From NCBI GenBank assembly GCA_028826165.1, contig JAPDFW010000088.1, positions 248,001 to 312,000 on the forward strand: a stretch of DNA of 64,000 nt. The letters run 5' to 3'. The position numbers were made by a program, and so were the translations under genes. Source of the DNA: Anaeramoeba ignava BMAN (Eukaryota > Protista > Anaeramoebae). Below, piece by piece: positions 39,113 to 51,478 of the stretch. Below the pieces are notes generated by a model. It had not been told where the DNA came from. It did not search any database and saw only the letters and a list, made by a program, of their open reading frames with translations. How positions within the stretch are numbered: the first letter of the stretch is position 1; every line of letters starts with the position of its first letter.

Positions 39113-42100
39113 CTATTTAACTTCATTTGGTTGATTTAAATCAAATACGTCATTTAAATCAGTTAATTTTAATTTTGGAGCAATATTCATTGATTGAAGT
39201 TCTTGAAATAATAATTTGCAAGCATAAGGCATTTCAAGTTTGGTACAATTTTCATAAGATTTACAATATGGACACCAACCATCATAACCCAAAGATCCAC
39301 ATTTCTTAAATTAAAATTAAAATTAAAATTAAAATTAAAATTAAAATTAAAATTAAAATTAAAATTAAAATTAAAATTAAAATTAAAATTAAAATTAAAA
39401 TTAAAATTAAAATTAAAATTAAAATTAAAATTAAAATTAAAATTAAAATTAAAATTAAAATTAAAATTAAAATTAAAATTAAAATTAAAATTAAAATCAA
39501 AATTAAAATTAATATTAAAATTAAAATTAATATTAATATTAAAAATAAAAATTATTGATTCAAAAATCGGATAAAAATTTATTACTTACTCCACAAACAG
39601 TAACAATAAATAAATCAGAAGAATACATTAATCGTTCTTGCAAAAGTAAACTTGATCCATATCCAACTAAACAATCTCTCTCCATCTCACCTAATCGCAA
39701 ACCACCACCTCTTGCTCTCCCCTCTGTTGGTTGTCTAGTTAAGGCTGTTCGAGGTCCCATACTAAAATCAAGAAAGAAAAATAACAAAAATAAATATTTC
39801 AAAAATCAAAACCAATAAATAATCCACATCAAAAAATGAAGAGGATTTTCTTGAGGATTTTTCCAATTGAAAAAAAGGGTTCTTAAAAAATACTTTGAAC
39901 GTGCAAATATCTTATCCATAACCATATGCTTTAATTTTTGATAATAAACAGGACCAAAGAAAATATAAGCAGAAAGAGGCAATCCATTAACGCCTGAATA
40001 AAGAACATCCTTCCCAGAAAACGAGTATCCATATTCAATGAGTACGTTCATTAAATCAAGACTTCTATTTCCTGAAAAAACTGTTCCATCTCTCAAATTG
40101 CCATCACAAAGTGCACATTTTGAGCCCAACAATTCTATCATTTTCCCAACTGTCATTCGACTAGGAAAACCATGGGGATTCATGATCATATCCGGAACTA
40201 CTCCGGTTTCTGAGAAAGGTAGATCTTCCTTCTCAACAATCAAGCCGCAAACTCCCTTCTGTCCATGTCGACTTGAGTTGCCTCCCCAGAAAGATTTTCC
40301 TTTTCTTCTCACATAAATAACCCCGCTTGTTGTTTCGCATGAATAAACTTTCCCTGAATACTCAATTAATCCCTCTTCTCTTTCTTTTTGATTCTCCGTT
40401 TTTTCAAGTGATTTCAATCCAATGCTTGATCCAATGAAAATTTTGATATTGTAAATTTTTTCCTTTTTTTCCTTCCTTTTTTCAATATCTGCTGATAATT
40501 CTGAATGCAGAGATAATTGCTGAAGAAAATTTAGAAACATTTTGTTCTGTGTTTTGAAGCTCCAATGCTCTTTGCTTTTTCTAAATTTGTTAGTATAATT
40601 ATCATCAATTTTATGTTCTTCAAGTTTAAGTATTGTTTTTAAAAGAAGTTGAGAATATTCAGTGTTTAGTTTCCAAATCCAATTTGGGATTTTTGGGAAT
40701 TGTTCCCATTTTTCATTTCTTAATGATTTAAAATATTTGAATAACTTTCCATTTTCAATAATAATTTCCTTTTTTCCAAATTCGTTGTTGATTTTCAAAT
40801 CAAGTTTTTGGCAAGTTGACAAAAATAATTTGCGGATTGATTCCGAATAATTTAAATTAATTATCAATTTTTTCATCCTTTTGTTTTGAGAAGAAACAAA
40901 AGATTGAATCCAAAAAGCAAAGAAAATGATCCAACTTTTGAAATTTTGTGATTGAATGATTCCGTCTAATTTAAAGTTAATTTGAGATGAGTTTAAATTT
41001 TGAGCTGTTTTTTTAAACTCTACATTTTCCAATCCGAAAACATCTTCAATATTTTCCAAATCAAAATGTGTTTTTGTTGGGATTTTGGCGAATATTTTAT
41101 GATTCAAAGTGACCAATTGATCGACAGCATTATTTCGAAGAAAATACATTAATCCGAAATGATTATATTTGAAAATGCGAATAGGATGTTGATAAAAAAG
41201 ATGTTTTCCGTCAACCAAAGTAGCGACTTTATGGGAATAATTTAATTTTTTGAAGGGAATCCAACCATTATTTTCTGTGAGAATTTGAGTTTTTGGATCG
41301 TAACAGAATTTATCTCCCAATTCAGGTCTTCTTGTGCTTCTAATTACAGATTTAACTAATAATTGTGTTGATTTATTGTTTGTCAAGATGACTCTATCAA
41401 TAACTCCTTCGGTTGATTTGTAAATAACTGGAGATGATTTGTGTTCAATTTTTTGAACATTTACAATAGTGTCTGTTGTACTTTTTGGAACTTGTTTGTT
41501 GAACATTACTTGTCCATTTGATATTTTCAATCCTGGTTGACAAATTCCATCTTCATCAAGTAATTTAAATTTGATTCCTCTTTGTAGCTCTAGTTCTGAT
41601 GGTGAAACCAATTTATCGAATGATTGATTTGGATATTGTGATATTTGTGCACTATATCTTCTATAAATCATACAACGACCGTAACCGAGATCCAAAGAAG
41701 ATTTATTTAAAATGACTGCATCTTCGATATCATAACCTTAATTTTTGATTTTAAATTTTTGATTTTAAATTAATTTTTGATTTTAAATTAAATTTTTGAT
41801 TTTAAATTAATTTTTAATTTTAAATTAATTTTGATTTTAAATTAAATTTTTGATTTAAATTTTTGATTAAGATTCTAAATTAAATTTTTGATTTTCTACC
41901 AGAATAACTCATAACAGCAATCATCGCATTCTGACCAGCAGGTAAACGATCAAATCTAAATAAATCGGAAGCCTTAGTTCTTACTAAAGGCTTTTGAGGA
42001 TAACACAAATAATAAAGAGCGGAATCAACACGAGTCAATTCATTTTCCGCCAAAATACTCATAGCTTGCTTGCCCATAGCGCATTGATAAGTGTTTCTAG

Positions 42101-45100
42101 GAGATTGATTATGATGAGGAAAAGGGATGATTCCTGCACAAATCCCAAGAATAGTCAATGGTTCAATTTCAAGATGAGTTGTTACACCAGGAATTATTAA
42201 GTTTTCATAAAGAGCAATATTGCAATTACTTTCTTCATTCACATCCAAATATTCAAGTATCCCATTCGAAAGAAAATATTTGAATATTGATTTCGAATAT
42301 TTCACTTTGCCAAAAAAGTTCTGGCGATCTTCAATATTTTCAAGTGGTTGTGACAACTGTTGAATATGCTCCTTTGTGATTCTTGGCTTTCCGTTTTTAT
42401 CAACTATGATAAGAGGACGGCATAATCTTCCTCCATCACATGAGATCTCGATAAAGTTCTTCTTCTCGTTGAAGAAAATTGAAACAAATTCGGCAATTTG
42501 AGCCCATCTTCTCAAAATGCGAAATTGCGATATAAAAATAAGCGGTTTTCGATGGATCCCAATTATACGCCCATTAAGAAAGATTACAGTTGCTTCTCCT
42601 GATGATAATTCTTCTCCCGAAAGAAAATCAACTTCTTCAATGCCTAGCATAAGGGCTGCTCTAAACACAGGCTCTTCTTCAGAGTCTGTTGTGATGTGAG
42701 AAAGAAGCGCAAGATTTTTCACAAGTCCACAACTCTCGCCCTCAGGAGTGTCAGAAGGGCAATTATGCGTCACAAACCCATTTGCAACAAATGTGTGATT
42801 GATGCTTTGTGTTGTTAGATCATAAACCTCCTTCACCTTTGTTTCAGGAGATATGCTGTCAACGGGGACAAAAATCATCCCGTTTTCAAATTTAAAATTT
42901 AAACGGAATTTTTCAATTGCTTTTTCTTCTGTGACTTCACTCTTGCTTTTTAAATGTCTATAATAAAGCAAAAACTCTCCCGTTATTCTCGCATTCTGTT
43001 CTGCAAAGAAGCAATAACGGAAACCAATTTTTTTCCAGTAATTTAAGAAAGAATCTTTTGGAAGAAATAATAAATTTGATGAATACATTTCTTCTGTTGT
43101 TTCAATCCCAAATTCTCTGAAAAGAAGTATTTGTTGTAAGATGAAATTTTTCGCAAAACTTTTGCTTGCACAATTTCTTTTGAATATCCCATTTTGAACC
43201 AGATCACTTTCCACAAAATAGCCATGAACGCTCGAAAGCCATTCTCTTTTAATTAACTTGTTTGATTCTAAAATCCATTTCGGTATTTGTGCAAATTGCG
43301 AATTTTGCTGCTGAATATTTATAATATCCAATGGATGTAAAAGAGATAATAAAAGATAAATCAAGGCGTTATTTTTGCAAATGATGTTGGAACTTCGTTG
43401 AAAATTTTTCGATTTTTCCTTTTCTTCGATCCAAATTGAATCTGAAAATCCAATTGATTTGCAATCGGATATTAATTGAGAGGCATCTTGACTTGAATCC
43501 ATGCAAAAAATGAAATGGATATCATTTTGATCGACTTGTTGGTTTATTTTTAGGTTAAATTGTTTCGATATGATATTTCCGCGGGAGATTAAAGTTCCCA
43601 ATAATCTTGTTAAAATGGATAATTTTTCATTTTGACTATCCAAAGGAAGCAATTTAATTTGATCAAGTTTTTGGATTATCGAATTCAAGTTAATATTTGG
43701 AAATTGGATTTGCATTTGTTTTTCAGAAGTGATAGCGAAATGTGTTTTGTTTTGAGTTTTCGAAGGATTTTCCAAAGTGTGTCTAATACAAACACAATCA
43801 TTGCGAGTTAAATGCTGGGCTTGGACAAATCCTCTTTTTGTGAGAAATGGATGATCTTCTGTCACACAAATTTCTCTATCAGTAACCGTTTTAACTGTGA
43901 ATAGTTTTTGTTTTAACGAATGGATATAAAAATGCTGCTTTTCCGTGATTTTGGATGTTTTTTCTTCAAGGGATTTTGGGTTTACTGTGATTATTGAAAT
44001 GTCTTTTTTTTGATTGTAATAAAGATCATCTATAAAGCATGTGTTTATTTTATCATCCATTAAAATTGATGTATCTTTGGAGCAACACAAAATCCCGAAC
44101 TGACTTGTTTGTAGAGATCTTGGACCACTTATTTTTCTTGTTTTTTCAAATTGTGAAGAGATTCTAGTTACCATTCCTTTTTTTTTTTTTTAATTTAAAT
44201 TTGAATTTAATTTGAAATGATTTGAAATTTTTTTTTTGGAATTTTTACCTAAACAAGAAATGTAAGATAAACGAGATAAAACTTGAGTAATCCCAGCTCT
44301 TGCCATTTTAAATCTTTTCAGAGTCCAATTACCGGTTGCAATAGCTCTAACCAAACCATTAGTAATTGTATCAATACGAATAGACTTAACAATATCAAAC
44401 TGAGCAGCCAAGTTTCTTTTGGATAAAGAAGCATCAGCAATACGAGACAACTCAGTATTAAATTTCTTGAACAAATCATCAAACAGAATGGCAAGTAAAG
44501 GACCAGTAAGTTCCAACCGTTTATTTCCATAATAGTCTCTATCATCAAGAAAATTGATGTCTTTATTTGCCTTTAAAACACGACGAACCATTAATGCTAA
44601 AGTGATGCTTTTCATGCGCAAATCTCCGTTTTCAGCCTTTATATGTGATAGAATAACTCCTGTTACTACATCAAGTGCATATGATATTGGAACTTGTTTT
44701 CTTCCAGGTTTTTGAACCTTTTGTTCGTTTGTAAATGTACATTAAACTCTGTTTTTGTGTGAATATTTGAAGTTTCATTGATTCTTGAAATGATGCACTT
44801 AATGAGGTTAAAATAAAACTATCTGTTCCAATTAATTGAATGATTTGTTGATCGCTTTGTATTCCTAATGCTTTAAATGCTATTACAATTGGTATTGCTT
44901 CTGAAAATGTATTATGTTTGAGATATAACTTAGATTTTTTGAGGATTACACTTGTTCTACTGATTCTTTCGTGTGTTGTACTATTAAATAAATTTTAATA
45001 ATATTTTAATAAATATTTTAATATTATTTTAATATTATTTTAATATTTTAATATTATTTTAATATTATTTTAATATTATTTTAATATTATTTTAATATTA

Positions 45101-46746
45101 TTTTAATATTATTTTAATAAATATTTTAATAAATATTTTAATAAATATTTTAATAAATATTTTAATAAATATTTTAATAAATATTTTAATAAATATTTTA
45201 ATATTATTTTAATAAATATTTTAATAAATATTTTAATAAATATTTTAATAAATATTTTAATAAATATTTTAATAAATATTTTTAATAAATATTTTAATAT
45301 TATTTTAATATTATTTTAATATTATTTTAATATTATTTTAATAAATATTTTAATATTATTTTAATAAATATTTTAATATTATTTTAATAAATATTTTAAT
45401 ATTATTTTAATAAATATTTTAATATTATTTTAATATTATTTTAATATTATTTTAATATTTTAATATTATTTTAATAAATATAACCCAACCTAATAACATT
45501 TGCACTAATAATTCCTTTTCCATCTTGATCAACAATAATTCTATTTCTTGATAATTGTTCTTGAATTAAACAAATTTTTTCTACTCCATTAATAATAAAA
45601 TAACCACCAGGATCAAGTGTACATTCTCCAAGATTTGATATTTCAGTATCACTTTTTCCATAAAGAATACATTTTTCACTTCGAAGCATAATTGGTAATC
45701 TTCCAATTATCACATTTTTTTTAATATATGCTTTTTTATCTCTGATAAATTCAACATTAACTAATATAGGTGCACTATAAGTAATATCTCTTAATCTGCA
45801 TTGCTAAATTTTAATTTTAATTTTAATTTTAATTTTAATTTTAATTATAATTATAATTTTAATTTTAATTTTAATTTTAATTTTGAATTTTATTTTTAAT
45901 TTTAATTTTAATTTTAATTTTAATTTTAATTTTAATTTTAATTTTAATTTTAATTTTAATTTTAATTTTAATTTTAATTTTAATTTTAATTTTAATTTTA
46001 ATTTTAATTTTAATTTTAATTTTATAAATGAATTTTAATTTTAATTTTAATTTTAATTTTAATTTTAATTTTAATTTTGATTTTGATTTTGATTTTGAAT
46101 TTGAATTTGATTTTGAATTTGAATTTGAATTTTAATTTTAATTTTAATTTTAATTTGAATTTTAATTTTAATTTTAATTTTAATTTTAATTTTAATTTTA
46201 ATTTTAATTTTAATTTTAATTTTAATTTTAATTTTAATTTTAATTTTAATTTTAATTTTAATTTTAATTTTTAATTTTAATTTTAATTTTAATTTTAATT
46301 TTAATTTTAATTTTAATTTTAATTTTAATTTTAATTTTAATTTTATTTTTAATTTTAATTTTAATTTTAATTTTAATTTTGATTTTAATTTTAATTTTAA
46401 TTTTGATTTGAATTTTAATTTTAATTTTAATTTTAAGATTGGTTACTTGAGGTGTTATTTCTCTAGTTATTACTTCATCTTGAATTTCGGGTTTTCCAAC
46501 AAAAATATCCAAGTATTTCATATAAAATGTTGGATCAGATTTACAAGTAATTTTTTGATTTGCTTGAAGAATTTTTTTTAAATCGATATTAACTAAATGA
46601 TTAAAAGAATCGATATGTTGTTTTAATAATCCTCTTGTTCTAAAAAAAAGAGGTAATAATTTCCATTTTTCTTCAACTGTTTGAATTGGTTGACTTAATT
46701 CATTAAGAATATTATGTGTGTTTTTCAATTTAACTTCTTGATCCAT
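39113..46746 (-). CDS. RPC2: RNA polymerase III second-largest subunit with two inteins; exons 46746-46447, 45803-45490, 44980-44249, 44176-41900, 41736-39894, 39761-39590, 39304-39113
   Basis: [60 protein letters not shown] (Pol III-specific), [46 protein letters not shown]. One apparent 1-nt frameshift near 44720. Confidence 0.95.
40277..41305 (-). mobile_element. Intein 2 in RPC2 (343 aa), inserted at GDKF|SSRHGQKG
   Basis: Starts [15 protein letters not shown], has block B VTLNHKIF, ends [24 protein letters not shown] with +1 Ser. Removing it restores [12 protein letters not shown]. Confidence 0.95.
42762..44087 (-). mobile_element. Intein 1 in RPC2 (442 aa), inserted at QFGIL|CPSDTPEG, with a degenerate LAGLIDADG-type endonuclease region
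   Basis: Starts [10 protein letters not shown], has block [10 protein letters not shown], ends [22 protein letters not shown] with +1 Cys. Removing it restores conserved [16 protein letters not shown]. Confidence 0.95.
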
Positions 46747-46829
46747 TTATGAGAAAAAAAATGAAAAAATGAAAAATGAAAAAATGAAAAATGAAAAAAT
46801 GAAAAAATGAAAAAAAATTTATTTCTTTT

Positions 46830-48180
46830 ATTTGATTTTGAATTTTGATTTTGATTTTGAATTTGAATTTGAATTTGATTTTGAATTTGAATTTGATTTT
46901 GATTTTAATTTTGATTTTAATTTTGATTTTGATTTTGATTTTGATTTTGATTTTGATTTTGATTTTGATTTTGAATTTGATTTTGAATTTTGATTTTGAT
47001 TTTGAATTTGATTTTGATTTTGATTTTGATTTTGATTTTGATTTTGATTTAGAATTTGATTTTGATTTTGATTTTGATTTTTGGATTTGATTTTTGAATT
47101 TGATTTTGATTTTGATTTTGATTTTTGATTTTTGATTTTGATTTAGAATTTGATTTTTGATTTTTGATTTTGATTTTGATTTTTGAATTTGATTTTGGAA
47201 TTTTGATTTTGAATTTGATTTTTGATTTTGATTTTGATTTTGATTTTTGAATTTGATTTTGAATTTTGATTTTGATTTTTGATTTTGATTTTGATTTTTG
47301 AATTTGATTTTTGATTTTGATTTTGATTTTGATTTTGATTTTTGATTTTGAATTTGGTTTTGATTTTGATTTTAAATTTGATTTTTGAATTTGATTTTTG
47401 AATTTGATTTTGATTTTTGATTTTGAATTTGATTTTGATTTTTGATTTTGATTTTGATTTTTGATTTTGAATTTTGATTTTAAATTTAATTGAAATTTAA
47501 TTTTGAATTTTGAATTTGGATTTGAAATTTTGATTTTGAATTTGATTTTGATTTTTGATTTTGATTTTGATTTTTGAATTTTGAATTTGATTTTGAATTT
47601 TTGAATTTGATTTTGATTTTGATTTTGATTTTGATTTTTGATTAATTTGATTTTGATTTTGATTTTGATTTTGATTTTGATTTTGATTTTGAATTTGATT
47701 TTTGATTTTGATTTTGAAATTTTAATTTTGATTTTTTTGATTTTTGATTTTAATTTTAAATTTGATTTTGATTTTGATTTTGAATTTGAATTTTAATTTT
47801 GATTTTGATTTTGATTTTGATTTTAATTTTAATTTTGAATTTGATTTTGATTTTGATTTTGATTTTGATTTTAAATTTGATTTTGATTTTGATTTTGAAT
47901 TTGATTTTGAATTTGAATTTGATTTTGATTTTGAATTTAATTTTGATTTTGATTTTGAATTTGATTTTGATTTTGATTTTGATTTTGATTTTGAATTTGA
48001 TTAATTTGAATTTGGTTTTGATTTTAATTTTAAATTTGATTTTGAATTTGATTTTGAATTTGATTTTAATTTTGAATTTGATTTTGATTTTGATTTTGAA
48101 TTTAATTTTGATTTTGATTTTGAATTTGATTTTGATTTTGATTTTGATTTTGATTTTGATTTTGATTTTGAATTTGAATT
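46830..48180. repeat. (GATTTT/GAATTT)n microsatellite tract
   Basis: Continuous degenerate hexamer repeat. Confidence 0.9.
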
Positions 48181-50416
48181 TGTATCTTCAAAAAGAAAAT
48201 CATATTGAGATTTAAAGCATTCAAAGAAAGTATTTTCAAAATCTCCAAAATATTTCAAAATTTCATTTTTTGGATAAGAAATAAAATAATTTTTGAAATC
48301 TTCAAGTTTCACACCTTCTTCTTGTTCTTTTTTAGTTATTGGTAATTCTTGAAATATTTCATTAACTTTAGATATTATATTTTGTTCATAAATTAATTCT
48401 TTGATTTGAAATTCAATGCTATTCATTTCATGTTTAGATAAATTGTTTATATCTTTTTCTTGTTTTTTGTAAGAAAGCCAAAATTGTAAAAAAAATGTAA
48501 CATTTAAAATTTGTTCGAAAGCTTCATATAATTCATTTCGATCAAGAAATTCATTATCATCTCTTTTAAATTTGTATTTTTAAAATTTTTGGATTTTAAT
48601 TTAATTTTATTTTTTTAATTTTTTTTTGGATTTTTGAAATAATAAATTACGTATCATAAATCTCAAAAAATTTTACTGCTTTTTCTCTAATTGATGTTTT
48701 TTTAAAATTATTCAAAGCTTCAATTAAAGTTATTGATTTATTTTCATATTGTTTATCATTTCTAATTTTTAATTTGAAAATATAAATATAAATATTTGAA
48801 ATATAAATATAAATATAAATATAAATATAAATATAAATATAAATATAAATATAAATATAATTATAAATATAAATATAAATATAAATATAAATATAAATAT
48901 AAATATAAATATAAATATAAATATAAATATTTGAAATATAATTATAAATATAAATATAAATATAAATATAAATATAAATATAAGTATAAATATAATTATA
49001 AATATTTGAAATATAAATATCAATATAAATATAAATCAAAATATAAATATAAATATAAATATAAATATAAATATAAATATAAATATAAATATAAATAAAA
49101 AACAACCCAAATATATCTGAAACTGTTGTGAATCTTTTGTCATTCAAACAAAACATTTTTTGGATAGTATTAATAATTGATGATTGATATTTTGGTTTCT
49201 AATTTAAGAAATATTTTCATTTTTTAAAAAATGAAATAAATTTAGATAAATAAATAAATAGATGAATTTTAAATTGATATTTCTAATTTTACTTCATTAT
49301 CTTTTGAATTTTTATCTTTTGGAATAATATTTTGTGAAATTGGTTGAATAATTTGATTTGGAGATTGAGTAGAGCTGATTGTTTTTTTGAATTCTTGTAA
49401 TTCTGCCCTGTGTTTAATAGTAACTTCTAAATTAAGATCTTGTTCTAATTGATCTAATAAGTTGTTTTGTTCTTCAATATCATCAAGAAACTCAGAAGAA
49501 AGTGTTAATCTTGCAAATACTCCTTTTTTAGCATATTTACTTACAGTTAAAAATAATTCTTTCAATATTTCCAAAAAATTTTTTAAATTAATAAATTTTT
49601 TGCTTTGATTTTGATTTTGATTTTGATTTTGATTTTGATTTTGATTTTGATTTTGATTTTGATTTTGAATTTGAATTTGATTTTGATTTTGATTTTGATT
49701 TTGATTTTGATTTTGATTTTGATTTTGATTTTGATTTTGATTTTGATTTTGATTTTGATTTTCATTTTGATTTTGATTTTGAATTTGAATTTGATTTTGA
49801 TTTTGATTTTGATTTTGATTTTGATTTTGATTTTGAATTTGATCTTCAATTAAAAATTGATAAAAAACACTTATAATAATTTGATAGTAATTTTTTTGTT
49901 TTTCTTTTTGTTTTTCTTGTTTTTTTGATAAGTTTTGATTTAAATTTATTTGTTGTTCCTGCTTTTGTTTTTGAATTAATATATCAAGATAAGCTTTTTT
50001 AAAACTTATTTGGAAAAATTTGAATTTTGTTTGAACTAATTCTCTTTTTTTATTATTTAAACTTTCTTTATTCATTTCTTCTTGTAAGTTATCGCAACTT
50101 ATTTTAAAACGATCTTTTTGGATTTCACTTAATTCTGCTTGTGGAATTATTTGCATTTGAGGAAATACTATTGTTTTTTTTTTAATAAACAAAATTAATT
50201 AAAATAAAAACAAAAAAATTAAATTAAAAAATTTTTTTTCCTTTTTTTTCCTTTTTTTTTTGCTTTTTTTTTTTTACAGAATTGTATTGCTTTTGTTAAT
50301 CTATCTATTCTTCCAAGAACTTGAATAACTATTTTTCCTGCTTTTGCTTTATTATCGAATTGTTCTTTAAACCATTTTATTGCATCAATAATAAGTCCAA
50401 TTAAATCTGTTTCCAT
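48001..50416 (-). CDS. Paralog A: MLKL-4HB-like + NCS-type EF-hand protein (short form ending in a microsatellite-derived poly-KS tail)
   Basis: Exons nearly identical to paralogs B and C. The spliced EF-hand reads [22 protein letters not shown]. Similarity stops after FLFEDT, where the microsatellite begins. Confidence 0.6.
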
Positions 50417-50484
50417 TTTTATTTTTGTAAATAAAAAAATGAAAAAAAAAATGTGGATTTGTTTTGCTTTTTTTCTATTTAGGA

Positions 50485-50930
50485 AAAATTAAATTAAAAC
50501 AAATAAAATAATTAAATAGAATATTTATAAAATAATAAATATAAATTAAAATCAATATAAATTAAAATAAATATAAATTAATTTTTAAGTTAAAATTTTA
50601 ATTAAAAAAAGTGGAATAAAATATAAATTAATATAAAATTTAATCAAAAAATTAAATTAAAACAAATAGGATAATTAAATAGAATATTTATAAAATAATA
50701 AATATAAATTAAAATCAATATAAATTAAAATAAATATAAATTAATTTTTAAGTTAAAATTTTAATTAAAAAAAGTGGAATAAAATGTAAATTAATATAAA
50801 ATTTAATCAAAAAATTAAATTAAAACAAATAAAATAATTAAATAGAATATTTATAAAATAATAAATATAAATTAAAATAAATATAAATTAAAATAAATAT
50901 AAATTAATTATTAAGTTAAAATTTTAATTA
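50485..50930. repeat. ~162-bp tandem repeat, ~2.7 copies
   Basis: aaattaaaacaaata...aaaaaagtggaataaaat recurs at ~50490, 50652 and 50815. Confidence 0.75.
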
Positions 50931-51032
50931 AAAAAAAAAGAAAAAAAAAATTTATTTTAAATAATAAATATAAAAGATATAAATTTTAAAAAAAAAAAAT
51001 AAGAAGAAAAAAAAAAATAATTAAATATATAA

Positions 51033-51107
51033 GGGGGTGTGGCGCAGTCTTGGGAGCGCATTACACTGAAGATGTAAGGGTCGTGTGTTCAATCCACACC
51101 ACTCCCA
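51033..51107 (+). tRNA. tRNA-Phe (GAA)
   Basis: Acceptor stem GGGGGTG/CACTCCC, anticodon arm TTACA-CTGAAGA-TGTAA, T-arm GTGTG-TTCAATC-CACAC, followed by a T run. Confidence 0.95.
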
Positions 51108-51478
51108 TTTATTTTTTTTTTATTCTTTTTTTCTTTTTTTAATTTATTTTTTTCTTTTTGATTTAAATTGGAATAAAATTAATAAATATAAAATAAATAA
51201 TAAAAAAGTGGAATAAAATTAATAAATATTTTTTAAATAAAATAAATATGAAATTAAATAAAATTAATAAATATAAAATTAATAAATATTTTTTAAAAAA
51301 ATTAATAAAAATAAATTAATAAAAAAATTTGTTTTGTTTTTTTTTTTGAATTATTGAAAAGAATTGAAAAAAAAGAATTGAATTGAAAAAAAAAGAATTG
51401 AATTGAAAAGAATTGAAAAGAAAAGAAAGAAAAGAAAAGAAAAGAATTGAAAAAAAAGAAAGAAAGAATTGAAAAAAA

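Noticed and set aside
44700-44730. Frameshift in RPC2 exon 3 (programmed frameshift, 25-nt intron or pseudogene?)
   Set aside because: Removing one A from an A-run restores [15 protein letters not shown]. The gene is essential, homopolymer slips occur elsewhere in the window, and 25 nt is far below the local intron sizes. Most likely a sequencing error.
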